A DNA stretch of 64,000 nucleotides from Lophium mytilinum. Taxonomy: Eukaryota. How positions within the stretch are numbered: the first letter of the stretch is position 1; each line of letters opens with the position of its first letter. Below, piece by piece: positions 48,469 to 58,962 of the stretch. Below the pieces are notes generated by a model. That model was given only the letters and a program-made list of their open reading frames with translations, was not told where the DNA came from and ran no database searches. The stretch lies in contig MU004195.1 of NCBI GenBank assembly GCA_010093605.1, forward strand, positions 1 to 64,000, given 5' to 3'. A program made the position numbers and the translations under genes.

Positions 48469-49170
48469 GGTTGCTAGTTGCCAGTATCTGGGTGCCGGGT
48501 GGTGGGTGCTAGTAGCTGGTTGCTAGTTGCTAATCGCAAAGTAGTGTATCTCTCAACCGTAGGTCGTAGGTCGTAGGTTGAGTCACAAAATCCAGCGGAA
48601 GCAAATTTATAAAAGCACGTCCGTCAAGTGAATGCCACACAAACAATCAAAGTCCCCGTTTTCTTTCTTTCTCGGAAACCACTCCGCAGCATCCCTTCCC
48701 TCTTTATCTCTGCAATCAAAACGCATCCGCGGCCCCACCCGCGTCGCGGCGCTGATCTTTGCCGATCCCGCAGGCACGCCCCTGGGCACCGCGTGTCGAT
48801 CGCATGGGTGGAGGGGAGGGATCTTCAGGTACGTCCTGCTGGGGTGTAGCATTGCAGCTGTCCCTTGATGTTTCGTGGGAGGATGGGGCAGGAGCGACCG
48901 GACGGTAATGCGGGTGCGGAGCGGTGTGGGTGGGTTGACGGGGGGTTCTCGGGATCAACGGGCAGGGGGAGGTCTGTGGTGGGACGTGAGCCGAGTGAGT
49001 GCATTGGGGGCTATTTAGGGAGTGAGGAGAGAGGGGCGAGATGTCGGGTGATTTTTGGGTGAGATGGATGAAGGGTTGTATGGGGTGATTGGGTAGTTGG
49101 GTTGGAGTCGGGGTTGTGGGGAATCAAATCTTAGTCTAGAAGCGCGAGAGTGTTTCTATGGGGTCTGCCG

Positions 49171-49741
49171 ATGTATTAGAGGACCTCACACAGCGTTTTA
49201 CGAGCGGAGATGCAATAAAGAGCAAGGTCTAATAATGGATGCGCAACGTAACATGATCTTCGGGATTTCAAAGCTTACCAAAGGACCTCATGCAGCGGTG
49301 TATGAGCGTATTGAGCTTCCGTGTAACTATAGATGTGGAGATAATGATAAATAGGTACTAGTCTCCAGGACTTCAGGAATGTATTGGAGGACCTTATACA
49401 GGGGTCTACGAGTACAGTTTCTGTAGTCATTGAACATACCTCCTAGTGTAAGTATAGAAATAAACTTTTTAGATAATATCGTGATATTTGTAACCCCATT
49501 AGAGGACTCCAAGCAGCGGCCTACTGGTGCACGTAGATCTTTTCTAGGTTACGGTGCGATCAAGGATACGAGAATGTTACTCATGTTACTGATTTAGAAA
49601 CTCCATCGAGGGACCTCAAACAGTGGCCCACGATGGTAGATATACCAATCTCATGGCATCGTTTAATCAAACACATAAAAATGTCAGTTCATTCAGCACA
49701 TTTAAGAACCCATCAGCGGAGGTCAGACAGCGGCAAACGAG
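49171..49741. repeat. Array of six degenerate 34-bp direct repeats separated by unique 68-81-bp spacers
   Basis: Units at 49171, 49273, 49379, 49494, 49601 and 49708 align without gaps around GGACCTCA-NN-CAGCGG-NNN-ACGAG. Confidence 0.8.
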
Positions 49742-49881
49742 TGCAATAGAAGCAGTTCCGATGCATCATTCATTCATTATAAACTACCATAATCCCAATT
49801 AACTCCTCGCTCAGCAATCGCTCGCAGGCGCTCGCTGATGCATGCATTACCATGACCATCATTACCGGTGTTTCCACCCCC

Positions 49882-52161
49882 TCACGGCAACATAAAGCCA
49901 TCCCCACTAAGCTCATTCTCAGTCTCAATGCCGAAAGTCCCCTCGAGTGCCTCCAACACCTTCGCGTCAGCTACACCCCTCTTCTTCAACCCACTGCCCC
50001 CCAGCGTACGCGTAACATCCCGCTTCTCGCGATACCCCTGCTTGCCATACGGCACACACTTCCCCTTGCCGCCCCACTGCGCATCCGCGACCCCCTTCCA
50101 GATCTCCGTCGCATCCACCGTCATTTCCGGCGTGTAGTAGAGCCGGCAGTCCGCCTCCTCATACTGAAACTGCAGCGGCGTGCCACTCTTATCGCCCTCA
50201 CGCAGCCCATCACGGACATTCACCCCCGGCGCCGTTGCGGCGCGTGCAAACGGTGTGTCAGAGTAGTAGTCTTTCAACACGCTCTCGTTATACCGCTGCG
50301 CCTCCTCCGGTGCCGCGAGCATGACCGCTTCCTGCGCGAGCTGCTGGATGTAGCCCCACTGGTAGTTGTTCGTGCCTTTGACGCCGCCGACGGCTTGGAT
50401 AGGGTTGGAGTTAGCGCGGCCGCCCATGGCGATGGCTTTGACGCCGGCTTGCTGCCGCATCAGCTCCGAGAAGATGGTGCAGGTGGAGGCGCAGTAGCCG
50501 TCGTAGACGATGACGATGTCGGCGGCGTCGAAGGACTGCTGCGTGAAGTTGGCGCGGGGGCCGTAGCCGGTGATGTTGATGCCGCCGGAGTTGTAGGTGA
50601 TGAGGACGTCGGAGAGGTTCCAGCGCGCAATGCCGGTGTAGTTATCGCCGTTGTACACGCGGGGGGAGTACTTTTCCGGCCAAGAGGTGAAGGGTTCGTA
50701 GTTGACGTCGGCATCGGTGTGGTAGTCGAAGTAGGAGGACTGCACGTTGAGCACCGTGCTGTTGATTGTGTTCAATGTTCGAGGGTATTTTGAGGCCAAA
50801 GCGCTGTAAGACTGGCCGACGAGATCGGCTGCTTCGTGCGCACGGAAGCGAGTGGCGCCGTATGGCAGAATGTTGGGGAATAACTGCTTGAACAAGTCGT
50901 AGCCCTGCAGGATGGTACCCCCGCCATTGGCTGAAACGTCGACGATCAGCTTCTTCTTGCCGTCTTTAAGGGCTTTGGCGACAAAGTTCTGCGTTGTCTG
51001 TTGGAAGGGAACCTCAGCGGCCTCGTTTCCAACGAAATTGGGAACAGAGAGAACAGCCACGTCTTCGTAGCCTGGCGAATCGATGTAGTAGCCGTTTATG
51101 AGGTTCAATGGGCCCTGGACGACGATAGGGGGGTACCCAGGAGGGGAAACAGTGGTTGCTGCTGCTGCTGCCGCCTCGACAACACTGCTGGGGGTTTCAT
51201 CCCCGGGGCTGGCTTCGATGTTGACATTTCCTCCCGTAGCTTGGCCGGCATTGGCGAAATAGAAGTACGTATCCCGTAGCTTTTCGCCAGAATCTATGCC
51301 CCTCATGCTGACCAACACGCGAGCGTAGTTGTCAATAGTTCTTGATGTGCCGTTCGCAAACGTAAAGGTAGTCGTTGCGCCAGGCCATGCCCATCGACCA
51401 CGACCACCGCCTGTGAAGGTTCCGGTACCACTGCCAGAAGTACCAAGAGAGACTTGGGCGAGTTCGTAGAAAACGTTGTTGTAGAGGGCGTCTCGGTCCT
51501 GGAGAGATCCCCATTGGCTCCAATCCTCAAGGAAAGAGGCTGCGTCTTTGCCGTCAATCTTCACAATAGCAGAGGGAGTGTAGGTAATGTTCTTGAAATG
51601 TTGGCCTAGCACGTCGGCGTAGGCGAAGACTGCGGGCACCTTCAAGCCATCTTCAGAAACAGAGACCAGGGGAACGGTGCGGCCAAAGTTGAAGATGGAG
51701 CCGACAGAGTCCGGAACAAGCGAGAAGTGGCCATCGTGGGCTGATTGGACCAGCTGATACAGCGCAAAGCCGAACTCATACTCGCCCTTGAAGGCTCCGC
51801 TGTTGACTTTGGCCTCGATGTCGTCCAAGCCGGCGAAGATGTCCACGGCTTGCTGAACCTTCTCCTTGTACTCGGCAGGCGGGTTCTTGAGGAAGGCTAG
51901 GGTACTCTGCCAGTTGATATACGGCCGAATGTCTCCTAAGAGCTTCTTGGCGGAGGTGACGTTGAGCGGCACGCTCTTGATGCAGTCGTAGGCCAACTGC
52001 GCTGGGACCGTGGGGACGGGATTAGTCTGGGCGAAATAGGCAGATGACACAGCAGCACATGGGGCTGTGTTGTTGGTGGGAGTCGCCCGAGTGTCAAGGA
52101 TTGGGCTCGCAGAAGCGACGGAGAAGAGCCCAATGACGGCGGAGAAGGTGGTGAAGCGCAT
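49882..52161 (-). CDS. Secreted peptidase S41 family protein (fungal CPAF-like)
   Basis: Signal peptide MRFTTFSAVIGLFSVASA; AHDGHF, QDRDALYN, DVSANGGG, DGYCASTC, QAVGGVKG, PLQFQYEEADCRLYYT. Confidence 0.9.
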   Translation of the reverse strand: MRFTTFSAVIGLFSVASASPILDTRATPTNNTAPCAAVSSAYFAQTNPVPTVPAQLAYDCIKSVPLNVTSAKKLLGDIRPYINWQSTLAFLKNPPAEYKEKVQQAVDIFAGLDDIEAKVNSGAFKGEYEFGFALYQLVQSAHDGHFSLVPDSVGSIFNFGRTVPLVSVSEDGLKVPAVFAYADVLGQHFKNITYTPSAIVKIDGKDAASFLEDWSQWGSLQDRDALYNNVFYELAQVSLGTSGSGTGTFTGGGRGRWAWPGATTTFTFANGTSRTIDNYARVLVSMRGIDSGEKLRDTYFYFANAGQATGGNVNIEASPGDETPSSVVEAAAAAATTVSPPGYPPIVVQGPLNLINGYYIDSPGYEDVAVLSVPNFVGNEAAEVPFQQTTQNFVAKALKDGKKKLIVDVSANGGGTILQGYDLFKQLFPNILPYGATRFRAHEAADLVGQSYSALASKYPRTLNTINSTVLNVQSSYFDYHTDADVNYEPFTSWPEKYSPRVYNGDNYTGIARWNLSDVLITYNSGGINITGYGPRANFTQQSFDAADIVIVYDGYCASTCTIFSELMRQQAGVKAIAMGGRANSNPIQAVGGVKGTNNYQWGYIQQLAQEAVMLAAPEEAQRYNESVLKDYYSDTPFARAATAPGVNVRDGLREGDKSGTPLQFQYEEADCRLYYTPEMTVDATEIWKGVADAQWGGKGKCVPYGKQGYREKRDVTRTLGGSGLKKRGVADAKVLEALEGTFGIETENELSGDGFMLP

Positions 52162-55100
52162 GATGAAAGCGGTAGGAGAAGGAAGAAGGAGCAGAGAGAG
52201 GAAAGGAAGAGGAGACGGAGGTAGAGAGGTCAGCACGCAGCCATGGGCTGTGAGAGACTATATAGAAGGCGGAGCGGAAAAGGCACGCCAAGCACCGTGT
52301 TAGGCAGCCCGGTCAGATCGGTCAGAGCACGGGGCGGGTCTGTGGCAGTGACTTGAGCTCAAGGTTAGGAAGGTGGTGAGGCCGACTGAGGATGTGAGTG
52401 TCTCTAGGTGACGCAGGCGAGTGTCTTATGGAGAAAAAAAAGAGAGAACTAGCTCGTCGATGCACCGCCTCGGCGGGCCGGGCTGGTTGTTTAGGGGACC
52501 AAACCGCCATGTGCACGGCCAATCGGAAGCACAGCGCAGGCTAATCCCACCCCATGACGGTTGGCAACGGTGGAGCCGCCCTCGTAACTGTGGGGAGATG
52601 CCAGCCACCGCCGCCGTGCATGGCAGATGTCATAGGCCAGCTGAGGAGGCCGGGGAAAACTAAGAAGGCCGCATTTTAGGGGGCTTGGGGCAGAGCAGCT
52701 CTACAGGGCAGGACAGAGCCTGTCCCAGCACACCATATCGACGCATGAACAACGTGGACTTGGGTTCCCCGTGCTCGTGGACGCGATTGTTTGGCAGCGA
52801 GGTCGATTCGCGGTTGCGGCGCCGCCACGCCGCATGTCTTGGCGTTTCAGGTGGACACAGTGGAGCCCCTACCAAAGGCTGCCTCTTCCCTGCGAAACGC
52901 CGTCGCTGGACCAACCACAGCTCAACCATGGCACCGCCCATCTTAACGTCCAGCCTGCATCTCAATTCTCAACCCCCTCGGCGTTCGTCGGAGCACGATT
53001 CACGCCGCGTGCGCCTGTTTCAGACACAGCAAACCCAGATTGCCGCCTCTGTGAACCGCTGGCCTGACTTAATCCCAACCACCGGCGCCGAAGAAGAAAT
53101 TGGGAGTCTCGCACAAATTGCACAAGTACCCGTCCGTTCCGACCACGCACCGTGCTGTACTGTCTCCAAGCGCCCGCCGACATCGCCTCGGCCACGCACA
53201 ACTCATCACGCAGTGGCCCGTTGAGCGCATGTCTTGGATACCATCACGGCCGTGCAACATCATACGACTGCTCAAACAGGCAGGTTGAGGCTATCCGCGT
53301 GCGGCTCTAATTACCTAAAGATCGCTGCCTGTGACGTCGTCTGCGCCCTCGTCGATCATCCCCACAGCAATACGAGATGGAAGCGATTGCCAAGCTTCCT
53401 TTGTCAGTTCTCTCTTCTTCAATTGAGAGGGCTGTCTAGATAGAGGTGTACTATGGTATCAGGCGTATCTTTTGTATGTGGAGACTGAGGCACGTCAGCA
53501 ACAGGGGATCAAAACACAGACCAATACAAGGCTTGTCACCAATCAACTCTTCAGCATCTGCTTTACCGCGTAACCGTGCGCGTTCCGAAATTAAAGCGCC
53601 ACAATCCCCACAATCCCCACATACAAAAGATACGCCTGCTACCATAGTATGTTGCGCCGAGCTAAGACGTGGCTGATCCAGCGCCTCTGCATGCCTTAGG
53701 TGTTCTGCGAGCTAAGCTTCAGTATGTACAATCTCTTCAACGTTTCAGATCCGTCAACGACTTTTCGAAAATCTTGACGTCAATTATGTTGGGAAGGCTT
53801 GTCCTAGCTACGATGATAGTTTCACCTTCGTGTGCTGTTACAAAGTACCTTTGCGGGCTGTTTCCTGGTTTGCTCACTTGACCCACGCGCTAAGCGAAAG
53901 GATCAACGAGGTTGAAAATCGGGCCTCCGACACAAGATCCTCAATACGTACACCGTAAAGCATAGCCATCACCGAAGGATCGGGCTGTGCTCCAGATTCT
54001 AAACCTACCACCCACCTCCGACCAGCATGTTAGTGTGTCACCAGGTATACACCAACCTATTACTTTCATTCGCACTGTTCCGCAGCGAAGTCATTCTGTA
54101 GACGCACTAACATTTACAACTTCGAATTTCGAGTACCTGCCTCAAATTCTATGCACAAGCTAATACTCCTCAAGGACTTCAAGTCCCAGCACCATCTTTC
54201 TACCCGCAACTTCAAGATCATCTCAACACCCATCTATAGTATCACTGGATCTACGATAGCCGCCTCGCACACCTACTATCGACGGAAATCGGCATTAGCG
54301 CCTGCTACCTCACCAATAGCGGTAGCCGATCTTCCGCCCCCAAGCTAAGGCTGAATTGAGACACCAGTGTCAGCAGCCTACCTAGTCCGCACACACGTAC
54401 GCTTCGCGGCTATGCACTCAATGTCCGATCTTGTGCTAGACTTTGTACAGCACCTTGCTACGACTGTCTCTGAAATGATGGTTACGTTTTAGTGTGATAT
54501 CGAAAGCATGACTAGGAGGTGTCACGTGCATCGAGCACTAGGTGCGATGGTTCAACACCCAACCTACAAATCTCCCGACTTCTTGCCTCCGCCATGATGG
54601 TTACTGGTGACCAGCCGTACTTACCAATTGCTTTTATCATCCAGATCATCGCCTAGTGCATGTACCCCATCAAGATGAAAAATTCAACCGACGTCGCTGG
54701 CCATCAAGTTCGCTAAGAGGCTGCGCATCTCTGGCTCGATCTCATTAAGTTCAACTTCGAGCATGCTGAACATCTTGACAAGCTGTCTACACTGCCTTAC
54801 GCCGTCATCCAAAAGATTCACTAGGTCTAGGCACGAGGACATACCTAGATTCTTAAGCCAGTCAACGAGCATGACAAGGTGTCTAGTATAGGCTCGCCTA
54901 ATTGATGAAGCATCTGCCTGCTCTGCGCCGGAATTTCGGGCAGTACTTACGCAGGCCCCTCAGAGCGCCACTTCGTGTTACGTGCTCGCAAGCGACATTC
55001 ATGAAGACTTCATAAGATACCTCTACAGTCTGTAATTAGCTTAGGTCTAGAGTTCGCCAGACCCCTCTGCAGAGTTTGCAATTTCGTAGCCTCAGTTTTA

Positions 55101-55985
55101 AGTAAGCTTGTTTTACATCCTATCTGGTGAAAAGGCATAGCTGAGCTCAGTTTCTTTCCCTTTTTGCGACGTTTAGAGCATGACGATTAGTAGGCCAAGG
55201 TCAATATTTTCTTGGGAGGGGCATAATAGGTTTCATCATTCACCTACATTTCAATTGGCTTGTGTTGCGGGTAGAAGTTTCTTCACTCAGATCACGTGCT
55301 GTTTTAACTCTTGTCTTTAGGCAGCTAAGTAGCACCTTGCAAAGGTATAAAGATCACAAAAAACGTCACCACTACGCTCTTGCTGGCTGTTGGCCTTATC
55401 CTCTGTCGAGGGTGGTCCGTGTGCGCGATAATAGGGCCTACTAGTCGGGGACATCGCCTTGGTTTTAATTGGGTAGCTCATGTCCTACAGCGTTTGGCGG
55501 CGTCCAGTAAACTAACGTGGAGATCAAGCCGCAGAACTTGGCTATAAAAATGAAATAATGGAGAAAGTACTTCGCCTCGCGGTACTGCACTCTCAGCAGA
55601 GCTAGCTCGGCATAAGTAAGAAAGTCCAAAAAAACGCTTCCTCCGTTTCACTACCACCTGTTACATCTGTGGCTTCAAGTCTGCGTTAGTTCACCGGACA
55701 CAGCAAGACCCTGTAGGTACTTATAGCTGGAGCCTTCCGCCAGTACCTGGTTGGCTCGGTGCCTTATCCGCCAAGGCGTTATCGTCTGCCTTGACCGGTC
55801 AGATTCTTTGCGCCTCCAATCCGAAGACCCCACGTCATGCAAAGTGTAATGTACAAAAAGTAAGGCTCATACCCGTTGCCCCTTTTTCAGTAAGCCCCGC
55901 TAATCGTATCTCAGGCGTGAGACAACGACAGAGTGCATTCTCTACATTTCAAAAGAAGACCAGACTTTTTCTACCGGGACTTCAA

Positions 55986-58176
55986 ATGGCTTCATACACA
56001 TATCAGAAGCTAGATGTCAGCAACGAAGAGATCCGGTTAATCAGTTTGATACCTGGCAAGGCGGACGATGACATCCTTTCCAGCATCTTCCACGCTCCAC
56101 TCATTCCTCCACAAGCGAAAAGTAACGCGTATCGACCGTCGCTTGAAGAAGTGGAGCAGACGCTTCCAGAAGACTGGACAGTCCAGGAAAATCTAGAAGG
56201 GCGTTATTTGTTCATCCAACTTGGGACCTCCGGAAAACCAAACTCGTGGACGCATCCCGATCCAAGCTTTGACAACAGCTCTGTAGATTTCAAAATACAG
56301 CAGCCGTTGCCAGACTTTGAACCAAAATATGATGCTTTGTCCTATCCGTGGGGCCTTGCGATCAACCCAGTGACGGCGCACATCCTGGATCCGTCTTCGA
56401 AGCAGCACCAAACGGATATTCAGATAGGATCAAACCTCGCCTGCGCCTTGCGGCATCTTCGATATAATGACCAACCACGAACTTTGTGGATAGATGCCGT
56501 TTGTATCAATCAAAGCGACATGGACGAGCGGAATGCGCAGGTGAAGCGTATGGGGATGATATACTCACTTGCTCGAAAAGTTGTAATCTGGCTCGGTCCG
56601 GAAGCCGACGACAGCACACATGCCATATCTACTCTCGTTTACTTTGGAAAGCAGGTCGAATACTTCACAAGTGAGAAAATCGGCGACAGTCCAGGGGCCA
56701 CGGAGCCGAAATGGTGGAACCCGGTATGTCAACTACCATATGACGAAAGAACTTGGTCTAGCCTGGTTGCTCTCTTCCGCAGGCCGTGGTTCAGTCGTGT
56801 TTGGGTTCTCCAAGAAGCGTTGCTCGCGAATCAAAAAGCAGAGATCCAATGCGGCGACGCATTTTGTCCTTGGACCACTGTGCAAAAAGCTATACAGATT
56901 CTTCCTGGGAAGGCTGGTGTTCCTCGTGAAGTGGCCTCTTCAATCACTTCGTACAGAAATGCTCTTCTCGGGGGGGTGAAAAGGAGTTTCACACGTCTCA
57001 TGTTATGGGCGACTTACCGCCATTGCACTGACCCCCGCGACAAAGTTTACGGCGTACTCAGCCTGCTCTCTCCGTTGATTCAAAACAAAATCGAACCGCA
57101 GTACTCGATACCCATGTCCCAGGTCTACATGACTACATTCCTCGTGTATTTGAATCACGTAAAACGCTTGGAGCTACTGGATCAGTGCACTCTTGGGGAT
57201 CGATGCGACGGACTACCTTCTTGGGTACCAAATTGGGCTATCAGCGGTGGTGTTTCCTCTGGTCATATAATACAATACGTAAGGCAGCCATCGGGCCTAT
57301 CAGCTGCTCATGCAAAGCTACTGTCTTCAGATACCTTGGAAGTAGTTGGTAAACGTTGCGCTCGAATCAGCTCAGTCAACAGCAGTACGTCTGATGACAC
57401 GGCCGACATCCTAGCAGCCATCCGTCTGTGGGAACCAGAAGGCCTCCAAACGAAAACGTATGTCTCGGGGGGTTCCTTGCTCGACGCCTTTCTCGAAGTG
57501 GTTGTTCAAGGGCGGACAAGAGAAAGGTGCCCGTACGCCCGCAATTTCCCAACCCTCGCGGAGCTTCGAAAAGAGTATCAGGAGTTGCTTTTGGGAAATC
57601 CAGCTCATGGAGAGGGACTGTCGTATTTGAAGCGTTTCTCGACAGTCCATATGTTGTCACTATTGACTACCCGAGAAGGTTATCTGGGCGTCGGGTCGCA
57701 AGGGGCCAAAGAGGGTGGGTTGTTGCGCGTCGAGAATCACCACGATTGCTAATATCAGCCTAGGTGACTTTGTGTGTGTTTTGCTTGGTTGCAACCGGCC
57801 AAAGCTATTGCGGGAAACAGCCTCTGGCGATTTCTTAGTCGTCGGAGACTGTTTCTTTCACGGTTTGATGGATGCAGAGAGCCTTCTTGGTCCTCTTCCG
57901 GTTCATCTCCGAATGGAATTGCTGTGTCCTGATGGCTTCTATGAAACGGCTTTCTACAACGCTTCGACTAAGGAACGTTCGACTGAAGATGCCCGCCTCC
58001 CATCGCTATCACCCGAGTGGGAGATTACCCAAAGAGAGCGCACTCAAGACGATCCCTTCTTCTTTAGAGAGTTTAAAAATCTAATCACGGGCGAAACTCT
58101 GACGTCAGATCCAAGGATGCTTCCTGGGGCTTTGGAGCAACGAGGTGTCACGCTAGACACATTTCGACTGGTGTAA
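55986..58176 (+). CDS. HET-domain (HET-6-like) heterokaryon incompatibility protein with WW-like modules
   Basis: EIRLISL, YDALSYPWG, LWIDAVCINQ, ERNAQVKRMGMIY, PWFSRVWVLQE, CTDPRDKVYG, LPSWVPNW; intron 57715-57763; GDFVCVLLGC and VVGDCFFHGLMD. Confidence 0.92.
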
Positions 58177-58962
58177 TTTTGACAATAAGTCAGATGAAAG
58201 GCAGCAAGAGCAGCAACAAAAGACTTTTGAACACAATTATCTGCTGTGAAGGTACAATACTCAATCCAATTGTGTTCCATTAATACGAGTGGGGTGAGGA
58301 GCGCAGTCTCCCTTTTGCTGCCTGCAGCGAAGTCTACTAGCAATGGGGAGACTCTCATGTCGCTGTGTTACTTCTAGATAACAGAATAGACGCATTCGAC
58401 CTAAAAGCCTATTGGCTGGCTCTGAAACCAGCATAGGAAGAGAACGGACGGCTTTTTCTTCTGTGGGAGGCTGAAGTGGAAAGAGAGCTGGAAGAGTGCA
58501 CCGCGCGATGAGATCTAGTCGATATAAGCAGTCAATCAGCACGGCTAGACTGCTACGACGAATTATGCACGGAGCGTATCAGTGTTTTGAAATCCCCAGT
58601 ACAATCATGAGGGGTATGTAATCACCTAATAAATCGGAGGCCGGTCTTCGAGCGAACGAGCTAAAGGTGTTTCTTACGAGCTTGGTTGTTGTCTCCAAGT
58701 ACTCTCTTCCCTTTACATGAGAACGCCGTGTGATCGGCCGCGCACCCTACAAAAGTAGCTCAGCCACAGTTTAGTCCCCCAAACACAACAAGAACGCGCT
58801 TATGTGCGGGTTGGGGGTGTGGAACTCGATATTCAAGTCGAAGTCTGACTGGCTAATGGGACACTCACTACTTCCTAGACCTCTCCGATGTGTTCTGGGC
58901 TGCTTGACGATTGTCGTTGAATTCAAACAAGCGTTGTTTCGGATCGGCATAGCGATGCCCTC

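Noticed and set aside
49171..49741. Calling the repeat array a true CRISPR
   Set aside because: The host is a eukaryote, the repeats are degenerate, the spacers are long and no cas genes are present. Kept only as an unexplained array.
52300..53900. Overlapping short ORFs upstream of the S41 peptidase
   Set aside because: GC-rich promoter/intergenic sequence without coding signatures.
54100..55100. Possible decayed gene, including a 62-aa helical ORF at 54684-54872
   Set aside because: No recognisable motif or consistent gene model; it cannot be supported without a homology search.
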